Source of the DNA: Candidatus Yanofskybacteria bacterium RIFCSPLOWO2_02_FULL_44_18
GTDB taxonomy: Bacteria > Patescibacteriota > Minisyncoccia > 2-02-FULL-40-12 > GWA2-44-9
Assembly: GCA_001794755.1 (NCBI GenBank)
Contig: MGKT01000006.1
Span: 115,045 to 179,044, forward strand
DNA: 64,000 nt
Reading direction: 5' to 3'
Positions 20,401 to 27,227 of this stretch are shown here, piece by piece (position 1 is the first letter of the stretch; each line of letters begins with the position of its first letter). A program made the position numbers and the translations under genes. The notes beneath the pieces were generated by a model. That model did not search any database and was not told the DNA's origin. It saw nothing but the letters and a program-made list of their open reading frames with translations.

Positions 20401-21213
20401 CTCACCGGTCGAAGATGAGAACGACTTGCCTGAAGTCAATCTGCTGGCGCCTTGATATACGAAAACGTTATCAAAGTCGTCTGTCTGACCAGCACCCAAT
20501 CTCTTCACAGTTAAGGTGTTAACCGTGCCGCTGCCGTTGACTCTCACTCGCAGCATCTCAACGCCAACTGCGTTTAGAGTTATTGTCTGCGCGCCTGGGT
20601 TATTTGGAGCCAAGCTTACGGACAATGGGCCGGACGGGGTCGGAGTCGGTGATGTCCCCGGTGTTCGAGAGTAGTTCGGAACCTGGTTTACTGAAGTGTA
20701 GTTTGAACCCTTCGCGTACCAGTTGAACTCGTTGTTGTTGATGCAGAATACTTTTTTGAAGAAATTCGCGTCATCAGCAACTGCTTGAGCGCCGGTGGTG
20801 TTTACCCAGTGAAGGACACCTGTGTCCTCGCCTGTAGTTTCAACACCATATACTTTCTGATCTCCAGTTTCACAGTTTCGGAAAAGTCCTGAAGTCGGAA
20901 ATGCGTCGCGCGCTGTGGCGCTGACATTTTTGACACTCGCAAAACCTCCGAGATGACCGTAGAAATTGAAGATGGCCGGATTCAAGAACAATCTCTTGTA
21001 TCCCTGCTCGTTGACGATGTATATATCCGGATCGTCAGAACCGGCTGCGCTGATCGTATCGCCTTCTCTCAGGCCATAGTCAGAGGGCATTGCCGCACTC
21101 GCCGATGGGACGAATACCGCAAACCCAGCCAACGACAATATTGTCGTTGCCGCAGTTAGAGTCGCGATTGCTCTTTTGAGCAAATCTCGATTCCTGCGTG
21201 ATAAACTATTCAT
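17476..21213 (-). CDS. Large secreted surface protein, S-layer-like (1245 aa)
   Basis: Signal peptide; N-terminal conserved domain; PTPTP linker; successive Thr/Ser/Gly/Ala-rich beta domains; long leader and strong terminator. Confidence 0.82.
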   Translation of the reverse strand: MNSLSRRNRDLLKRAIATLTAATTILSLAGFAVFVPSASAAMPSDYGLREGDTISAAGSDDPDIYIVNEQGYKRLFLNPAIFNFYGHLGGFASVKNVSATARDAFPTSGLFRNCETGDQKVYGVETTGEDTGVLHWVNTTGAQAVADDANFFKKVFCINNNEFNWYAKGSNYTSVNQVPNYSRTPGTSPTPTPSGPLSVSLAPNNPGAQTITLNAVGVEMLRVRVNGSGTVNTLTVKRLGAGQTDDFDNVFVYQGASRLTSGKSFSSSTGEVTFLLDSTDGAVNGTKDFSIVADMASANTAGNVNYLQLTGMVATGGAAISGTPLSGNNFTTSGTSSGTIDVAEVGSLSNPTVGQKQAQLAEFKLTANTEGASVKRLTLLNGGNLKPADLTNVKIKTGAMEWSGSVTSDSYLVFDLGSGYSIAKGGNATFKVYGDVGGKKDETIDLYFENNSDVLAVGDQYGQGMAEGTNTLDTADEATTLTLQGGALTLVFNGPNASTVGTTATDVTLLRYSVTAASNIEVKKTEFTLCADQAGDGTYDTETTEGDWDDVTDFKVWNEDTNTVVIGPKDATAFDHADDTTSCPAGGGVQESFTDVLDLMAGTTYNFKVTADINTANVTGELIDGSIIRAILDDYSDDAGDVTVMKYSGTNTSVAAADIVPRADINGPNITLSASSLTLSLAGTPSDQTKIRGTKDVDAVGITFAASQASALKVTTIKITGYAADTTTFDEGVEDGGNSVSVSSAMAKVQLYESGTGALIAGSEKVTNNSLGTSGTGTMTFGNLDWNIPAGTSKTMLVRVDLSNNQASGTAGDLYAFDIAATGDVTALDSDSNTVNPGAASAGVNGTTSPTQVLTVKNSGSMTLATSADSPVKGAVYWGQTNAPISKFRISATDEGQYIEKLTIAASTAAEKADAAANVKEVILSYKNKAGSTITRTQSFGQGASVNFNWESTDANRPYVPQDGSLDITVNANMKTKTEGATQIASTPQDVFFSLDLMDSFNNSYVNGFRAVGDGSGTVIDGTGSNIADVAGAFDQYVYRVFPKIEQVALSSPYSLLGTPIVFKFSVTAMGAPGSNLRFDNEHNSSGSINFEIVASGQSSVNTTTSTTFSILDESGTVIDTGTLRSIGTPGAADTSQTISMAAAASGVQPGKNASISFNFGSQDIEIPAGGTRTFSIRLDNPTQHYGNAGTTGRAPDYFQVTLQDDIAGLINWVADYAGNTNSLDQASTTGVLRSVPLYGPTFQR

Positions 21214-21721
21214 TTTTATTTTTATTTAATTCTTCTGATCGGTATTGCATTATCACTCGAATCGACCGAGGATAACGTGACCAATTCCGGTTCAGAATTT
21301 AATACTGACTTTATACTTACTTTCTTAATCGACATTCTTTCTGACTCGAGATTTTATTGAAAGCGCCTGGCGCTCAAACCTCGAGTGAATTTTGCCAGAA
21401 TCACCCCAACGAAGAATATAATCTTCGCATATGAGAGTTACTCTGCCTCGACCTAGTACATCTCGGGAGTGTCCTTATCGACTGCAAAATTCTTTAAACT
21501 CAAAAATTAATATAACTATCGTTTGCAACATTTTTATCTTTCATAGATTAAATTTTCAATGTCCTTTCTTTAGCTATCCGCCTCTGGACTCGATGAATCA
21601 GGTTCAGGGGCCGATCTCTAAAAAACAAAAGCAACCAAACAATTGGCTACTTATCCGTTTTGACGAATTTATCGTTCATTTTTATATATTTTCTCTGTGT
21701 TACAGGCTTCTGGTTAATATC
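21214..21721 (-). ncRNA. Putative ~510-nt structured 5' leader RNA
   Basis: Lies between the predicted promoter and the ATG. Contains several long stems, an internal terminator-like hairpin and two short uORFs. Confidence 0.5.
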
Positions 21722-21727
21722 CACTAA

Positions 21728-21756
21728 AGACTACACCAGAGAACCCTAAAAGTCAA
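21728..21756 (-). promoter_or_regulatory. Sigma70-type promoter of the S-layer-like gene
   Basis: TTGACT-17-TAGTCT. Confidence 0.55.
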
Positions 21757-21823
21757 TGAAACCTTATTTATGTTTATTTATTGATATTATATGACCTCCC
21801 ACTATGCTAAACAATAGGAAAAT

Positions 21824-21832
21824 TGTGGATAA
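21824..21832 (-). promoter_or_regulatory. Perfect DnaA box
   Basis: TGTGGATAA on +, intergenic. Confidence 0.5.
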
Positions 21833-21840
21833 ATCATGAA

Positions 21841-23406
21841 TTAATTGTTTACGCTGTTTGTCTTGCCCGGAGTTCCGTTTATGGCTGAACCGCTTGCATC
21901 AAGACCGTTCTTAGTCACTCCGTCATTCGTACCCCAACTATTTTGACTTTCTCCCGATCCGGTATTTACCCTTTCCATCGTCGATCTGCTGTCCTTATTT
22001 CCGCCATACCAGCCGTTATCTCCGCATGTGACTTTATCAATTAAAACCCCGTTATTATCCCTTAATTCCAATATTTCGCACGAATCTGATAATGCCCCAG
22101 TGTAAGTCTGATTCGCCGATACATCGTAAACAGAAGTATCATCTGTTCTTTCCAACAAGAAATATCCATTCGCCGCTATTAAACCACTCATATTTATTTG
22201 CGGATCAGGGTTTGACCCTGTTAACGATTTCAGTGTCCAACCTGATATATCAATTGCCAGTGTCGAGTAATTGTATAATTCAATCCATTCGTCAGAAGCA
22301 GACGAGCCGGTCCCCATCCAGGCTATCTCATTTATAACGACTTGGTTTGTATTTTGCGGGGTTGGTGTTGGGGTTGCTTGCGGTGAGGTTGTCAAAACCG
22401 GTGTCACCTCTGGTGTCGGTAATGGTGTCACTGTCGCCAATGGTGTCGGTGACGTGGTGACAGTTGGTGACATTGTTGGTGTCACCAACTGGGTAGGTGA
22501 CGGTGACGGACTTGGTGATGGTGACACCTGTGGTGTCGGCGCGGGAGTTGCAGTGCTGTTGGAAGATTTGGGTGTGCCCTTTATTGAATTTCCTTTGGCA
22601 TCTCTGCCTGTGGAATTTCCAAAAAATGTTTTCCAATTGCTCGGCCCGTTTGAGTATATAAGAGGGTCGATTCTTTCCATTGATAATCTCGACGCGCTCT
22701 CGCCGGCATGCCATTTATCGCCCCATGTGCCGACTCTGTCTATCTCGCCACGCGTATTCTTAAGCAGCAGCACTTCGCCTGAATCAGACAGGCCATTACC
22801 AAAACCCGTTGTATAATCAGCCTTTATATCGCTAATGGCATTATCATCCGTGCGCTCGATGAGAAAGTATCCCCTGGCGGTAATATGCGTTCCGTTTGGA
22901 AAAATAATCTTGGGCGACTCCGACTCTGTAGTCAGCGCCCAGCCAGACATGTCGACATCAAATGACTCGTTATTGTATAACTCTATCCACTCATCGAACG
23001 CCGATGCCAAGGTACCGGACCAGCCGATTTCATTTATGACCACTCTGCCGTCATTGGGCATGGTGACGGTTGGTGACACTGTTGGTGACAGTCCGTTGTT
23101 TGTTGGTGTCACTTGAGGTGTCACTTGAGGTGTCACCTCAGGTGACACCATGCGAGCAGGTGACAGTTTGGTGTCACCTGCAACCGTCACCTGTTTCGAC
23201 GAGCTCACAGCAGGCAATAGCGATGGTGACACCTTGGATGATCTGGCACCATTATTTTTTGAGGGAGCTGTGGATAAAGTGCTTTCAACGGCATCTCCAA
23301 TTGCAGATAATGTCTTTTCTTTGTCGCCTTGATGGGCAAAAATAGTGCTGACGACTGCACCAACCGATAAAGCAAGAATAATATATTTATTTGACCCCAT
23401 AAACAT
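21841..23406 (-). CDS. Secreted protein with two lamin-tail (LTD) domains and Pro/Thr linkers
   Basis: Two copies of VVINEI.W.G...DEWIELYN...GW.L...GYFL.ERTDD...SMER...GTP. Confidence 0.88.
   Translation of the reverse strand: MFMGSNKYIILALSVGAVVSTIFAHQGDKEKTLSAIGDAVESTLSTAPSKNNGARSSKVSPSLLPAVSSSKQVTVAGDTKLSPARMVSPEVTPQVTPQVTPTNNGLSPTVSPTVTMPNDGRVVINEIGWSGTLASAFDEWIELYNNESFDVDMSGWALTTESESPKIIFPNGTHITARGYFLIERTDDNAISDIKADYTTGFGNGLSDSGEVLLLKNTRGEIDRVGTWGDKWHAGESASRLSMERIDPLIYSNGPSNWKTFFGNSTGRDAKGNSIKGTPKSSNSTATPAPTPQVSPSPSPSPSPTQLVTPTMSPTVTTSPTPLATVTPLPTPEVTPVLTTSPQATPTPTPQNTNQVVINEIAWMGTGSSASDEWIELYNYSTLAIDISGWTLKSLTGSNPDPQINMSGLIAANGYFLLERTDDTSVYDVSANQTYTGALSDSCEILELRDNNGVLIDKVTCGDNGWYGGNKDSRSTMERVNTGSGESQNSWGTNDGVTKNGLDASGSAINGTPGKTNSVNN
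22400..23233. repeat. Two clusters of GGTGWCACC palindromes and half-sites (22400-22537 and 23062-23233)
   Basis: Perfect 9-mers at 22400, 22478, 22520, 23129, 23141, 23170 and 23225; about 22 GGTGWC on + in total (hand count). Confidence 0.85.
23269..23277 (-). promoter_or_regulatory. Perfect DnaA box (inside a CDS, beside the palindrome cluster)
   Basis: TGTGGATAA on +. Confidence 0.4.
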
Positions 23407-23942
23407 TAGTCTGGTCTTGAGGAATAAAACACGGCCCTATTTTCATTCATTTTTGATATGAGGCCGGCTGACAGAAGTTCTTTGAGATTTCTTATAACCG
23501 TTCTTTTGGGCAGCAGATTGAATTCGTCGACGACGTCTTTCGACCGGACGTTTCGATTTTTTTTAATAAAATCTAGTATCTTTCCCTTGTTTCCTTTAAA
23601 CAATTCTGTATTTGCTGACCTAGTTGAAGGCCGGCTGGTCGTTTTAGTATTTTTTGGATTATTGGACCTGTAAACATCAACTTTGAGCTGGAGAATATAT
23701 TTTTTGGCGTTTAGAATTTCTTCCTTAATGTCCGCTTGGTCATGCTCGATAAAATCCAGGCAATCAATCAGTTCATTTAAAATATGAATGAGGGAATTGT
23801 TCTTGCCTGAATCAGCAAGAACGGAAATCTGTATATCAATATATCTTTTAATTTTCTCATCGAGTTTTGAAACATAAAATTGGTCGCTTAGCCGAGCAAG
23901 CACTTTTGAAAGAGATAGGAGAGAGTCGGCAAAAACAGACAT
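23406..23942 (-). CDS. Helical N-domain plus C-terminal winged helix-turn-helix (DeoR-HTH-like) protein
   Basis: KILDFIKKNRNVRSKDVVDEFNLLPKRTVIRNLKELLSAGLISK...AVFY. Its stop overlaps the LTD gene start by 1 nt. Confidence 0.75.
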   Translation of the reverse strand: MSVFADSLLSLSKVLARLSDQFYVSKLDEKIKRYIDIQISVLADSGKNNSLIHILNELIDCLDFIEHDQADIKEEILNAKKYILQLKVDVYRSNNPKNTKTTSRPSTRSANTELFKGNKGKILDFIKKNRNVRSKDVVDEFNLLPKRTVIRNLKELLSAGLISKMNENRAVFYSSRPD

Positions 23943-24020
23943 ATCTTAAGAACCAGTTTGTCATAATAGAAAAATCAGTCAACAGCCGGGTAAAATTAAA
24001 AACGTTATTTCCGCGCTAAT

Positions 24021-24521
24021 TTATTTTTTAATGATCAAGAGTTCGACGTCAAAAATCAAAATAGAGTTCGGCGGGATAAGTCCGTTTCCCACTTCCTTGT
24101 CCCCGTAGCCAAAAGCCGGCGGGATTATTAAACGCCTCTTTCCGCCTGCTTTCATTCCGGCTACGCCGATATCCCAGCCTTTAATTACTTCACCTGCGCC
24201 GATGGTAAATGTAAACGGCTGTCCCCTGTCCAGTGAGCTGTCAAATTTCTTCCCATCTATTAAATATCCGGTGTAATGAACATTAACGGTATTCCCGTTT
24301 TTTGCTTCTGGGCCGGAACCGACTTGAATTTCTTGAGCCGATATTTTATCCATAGGTATTTGTTGATTGCCTTCAGCCGCGCTTGAAACAGCCGGCGAAG
24401 AACTTGCTGAAGGCGATTGCTGAGCTGATTCCTTAGTTGAATTAAACTTGCGGACAAAAAGCCATGCCGCCGCCGAAAGCACCGCTAAAACCACAATCCA
24501 AATAAAAATATTTTTTATCAT
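24021..24521 (-). CDS. FKBP-type peptidyl-prolyl isomerase, membrane anchored
   Basis: VHYTG, KFDSSLDRGQPF, VIKGWD, GGKRRLIIPP..GYG. Confidence 0.95.
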   Translation of the reverse strand: MIKNIFIWIVVLAVLSAAAWLFVRKFNSTKESAQQSPSASSSPAVSSAAEGNQQIPMDKISAQEIQVGSGPEAKNGNTVNVHYTGYLIDGKKFDSSLDRGQPFTFTIGAGEVIKGWDIGVAGMKAGGKRRLIIPPAFGYGDKEVGNGLIPPNSILIFDVELLIIKK

Positions 24522-24522
24522 T

Positions 24523-25464
24523 TTATTTTAGTCGGGATGGGTAAAGATCCGGATCGATTTCCCTTAAGAAACACTGTCGGCCCGCGTCATGAGTCCAGTT
24601 GTCGGACGGATAAGGATAGACAACGGTTTTTGGGTATGAATCCATTCCGGTAACTTGCGGATCTGACGGATACTTAAATGTCGCGCATAGCTGAAATGAC
24701 GGACTTGCCGATGTCGATTTGGCCGTAGGCAGATATTCATAAGATGTACCCGTTTCAGGATCAATAGGAGCTCTGAATCCTGGAATTGAGTTGGTCAAAT
24801 CGGATAAATCACCGGGCAAAACTCTCTTTGACTGCCAATAACTGACAATTTCATTTTGTATTACCTGTAAATCATTTATTCTCCTTTGGTCAAACGCTTT
24901 CGCCCTTTGTGTCATCGGGGAGCCGATGACTATAAATCCGCCGACAATAGACGCAGCCACGGCCCCAACTACTATCCAGCTGTAAACTTTGACGCCGGCC
25001 AGAGGTTTTTCCTTCAATTGGGAAATATAATAGTAAAAAACGGAGCCGGCGATGAACAACACGGTTAAAGCCTTGAATATAAACCTGATTGTAAGCTCGC
25101 CATGGAGCAAACCGTTAAGCACGGCCACCAAATCCCCGATAATAACCAGACCGGCCACAAACAACGTCAGGTAAAGAAGCCAGCGGCGAATTCCCAAATC
25201 TCTTTTTTCGGGATTGCCTTCTATGTCCTTTCTTAAAAATCTGGCTACCCACCAAAAAACAGGGAAAATAATAATCAAGGCTGCCATCGCGCCGCGCAGC
25301 GGCTCCAAAACGTTTTCTCTGGAGTAATAATGATAATTTAACATATCGGGGTAATAGTTATTAATCAGCTGAAAAACCACGATGCCAAAACTGACGGCGC
25401 TTGCGGCCAGTGTGGCGATGGAAAGCAAGTACAAAAAAGTATCGCGGGGCGTGTTTATTTTCAT
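24523..25464 (-). CDS. DUF5671-like membrane protein with a pilin-like C-terminal domain
   Basis: FLYLLS, RRWLLYLTLF, IGSP..QR...D..R..DL, DPETG.SYEY, FQLCATF. Confidence 0.7.
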   Translation of the reverse strand: MKINTPRDTFLYLLSIATLAASAVSFGIVVFQLINNYYPDMLNYHYYSRENVLEPLRGAMAALIIIFPVFWWVARFLRKDIEGNPEKRDLGIRRWLLYLTLFVAGLVIIGDLVAVLNGLLHGELTIRFIFKALTVLFIAGSVFYYYISQLKEKPLAGVKVYSWIVVGAVAASIVGGFIVIGSPMTQRAKAFDQRRINDLQVIQNEIVSYWQSKRVLPGDLSDLTNSIPGFRAPIDPETGTSYEYLPTAKSTSASPSFQLCATFKYPSDPQVTGMDSYPKTVVYPYPSDNWTHDAGRQCFLREIDPDLYPSRLK

Positions 25465-25492
25465 ATATTTAATTTAGCACAAATCGTACACA

Positions 25493-25501
25493 TTATCCAC
25501 A
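25493..25501 (+). promoter_or_regulatory. Perfect DnaA box at the divergent strand switch
   Basis: TTATCCACA between divergent genes. Confidence 0.5.
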
Positions 25502-25539
25502 CTTCTAAATTCTGAATAAATATATAGTATGAATGTGAA

Positions 25540-26808
25540 ATGAGGAAGACAAAAATTTTAATCTATGGTTTTTTGGTTTTGGCGTCGTTCAGCATCGGCG
25601 CCGGCGGGACGTATTATTTTTCCCAGCATCGAACTACCGCTCAAATAAGTGAGCCTGTTGATGCTAATTTGAATGAATACCAAAAATTTACGGCTGAAAT
25701 TTTTGACACGATAAAAGAAAGGTATTGGGAAAAGATTACCGATGAGCAATTGGCGGCGATATATAAGCTTGGCGCTGAAAAATTGCTGGACAAAAGCCAG
25801 AGTCTGGAATCTATGAATCGGAAGGGTGTGTTAAGCATGGTGGATTCGATAACGTCATCGATGCCGGACGAAAAAAAGAAAATTTTTACGGCAGAACTGG
25901 CCAACATAGTGCTCGTAAACTTAAAACCTTTCGGCCGCAGCCAGCTTTTGTCAGAAAAGCAGCTGCAGACGATAAGTGAAACGGTTCAAAACAAAGACTC
26001 CAGCACCGACTTATACGCCGTTTTGGGACTGGAAAAAGGCGCTTCCCAGGAAGATGTTGACCGGGCGTATAACAATAAAATAAAAGAATCCGGACCGGTG
26101 CCTATTCTGGAGAGAGCATATAATGCCCTGCTTAAACCTGAAGCAAAACAAAAATACGACCAATCGGGCATCGAACCGACAGTTGAGCACCGCATTATCA
26201 AGCCTGATATTTTTTATATGCACGTGAAAAAAATATCGCCGCAAACTCTGGATGAATTCCAGAAAGCAAGCGACTCGACTGACAGAAACCCGGAACTTAA
26301 AACATTAGTTCTTGATTTGAGAGGCAACATCGGCGGAGCCATTGACATAATGCCCTATTTCCTGGGCCCGTTCATCGGACCCGACAATTATGCATACGAT
26401 TTTTTTCATCAAGACGAGTATGTTCCTTTTAAAACAAAAACAGGCTGGCTTCCCAGTTTGGTAAAATTCAAAAAGGTCGTTATCTTAATCGACGGAGAAA
26501 GCCAATCATCGGCCGAAGTCATGGCCGCGACACTGAAAAAATACAATGTCGGAGTGTTAATCGGAAGCCGCACCAAGGGCTGGGGCACAATTGAACAAAT
26601 TACGCCTATCAAAAATCAGTTTGACCCGACTCAAAAATTTTCACTCCTTCTTGTTCACAGCCTAACTCTCCGCGAAGACGGCCAGCCAATTGAGGGAAGA
26701 GGGGTTGAACCGACGATTTATATAAGCGACAAGAACTGGCCAAAGCTCTTTCAAGACTACTATAATTCCCCTGTTCTCATGCAAGCAATAAAGAATTTAT
26801 TGAAATAA
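25540..26808 (+). CDS. S41 (CtpA/Tsp-like) peptidase with a J-domain-like insert in place of the PDZ domain
   Basis: LVLDLRGNIGG, SQSSAE, GSRTKGWG, GRGVEP; insert DLYAVLGL..AY..YDQSG. Confidence 0.8.
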   Translation: MRKTKILIYGFLVLASFSIGAGGTYYFSQHRTTAQISEPVDANLNEYQKFTAEIFDTIKERYWEKITDEQLAAIYKLGAEKLLDKSQSLESMNRKGVLSMVDSITSSMPDEKKKIFTAELANIVLVNLKPFGRSQLLSEKQLQTISETVQNKDSSTDLYAVLGLEKGASQEDVDRAYNNKIKESGPVPILERAYNALLKPEAKQKYDQSGIEPTVEHRIIKPDIFYMHVKKISPQTLDEFQKASDSTDRNPELKTLVLDLRGNIGGAIDIMPYFLGPFIGPDNYAYDFFHQDEYVPFKTKTGWLPSLVKFKKVVILIDGESQSSAEVMAATLKKYNVGVLIGSRTKGWGTIEQITPIKNQFDPTQKFSLLLVHSLTLREDGQPIEGRGVEPTIYISDKNWPKLFQDYYNSPVLMQAIKNLLK

Positions 26809-26841
26809 TTATCACAAAATGGTATGCTTCATGCTGCCAAA

Positions 26842-27009
26842 ATGATAAGGCTAGTCATAAGAATTTTAGGCAATATTATAGGAATCTACGTCATTTCTTT
26901 AATTATCCCCGGATTCAGTATAACCGGCGGCTGGCAAACAATAGTTTTGGCCGGCGTAGCTTTGGGAATCGTTAACGTAATAATCCGGATGTTCACTTTC
27001 TTCATTTGA
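26842..27009 (+). CDS. Short YvlD/4TM holin-family-like membrane protein (half length)
   Basis: RILGN..IPGFSI.GGW....AG..LGIVN.II; ends after 55 aa. Confidence 0.55.
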   Translation: MIRLVIRILGNIIGIYVISLIIPGFSITGGWQTIVLAGVALGIVNVIIRMFTFFI

Positions 27010-27218
27010 TGATTATTTCATACGTACAAATAGGGTTAGCGCTTCTGCTTATAATCGCCATACTTTTGCAACAGAGAGGATCGGGCTTATCTTCGGCTTT
27101 CGGAGGCAGTAGCATTGAATACAGCACAAAGAGAGGCGCTGAAAAAGTGATTTTTAACGCCACGATAATTCTGGCTATTCTTTTCTTCAGCATTTCTCTT
27201 TGGAGAATAATCGGCTAG
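27009..27218 (+). CDS. secG: Preprotein translocase subunit SecG
   Basis: ILLQQRGSGLSSAFGG...TKRGAEK, two TM segments. Confidence 0.93.
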   Translation: MIISYVQIGLALLLIIAILLQQRGSGLSSAFGGSSIEYSTKRGAEKVIFNATIILAILFFSISLWRIIG

Positions 27219-27227
27219 GTCTACATA

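Noticed and set aside
21431-21727. 98-aa plus-strand ORF in the S-layer upstream region
   Set aside because: No recognisable motif or start context; the region is better explained as the minus-strand leader.
22400-23233. CRISPR array or matS sites
   Set aside because: Units are 6-15 bp with no unique 30-40 bp spacers and no cas genes. Half-site spacing differs from matS.
25465-25539. oriC
   Set aside because: A single DnaA box in 75 bp, no dnaA/dnaN nearby, and orientation flips again at 41.4 kb. Kept only as a weak finding.
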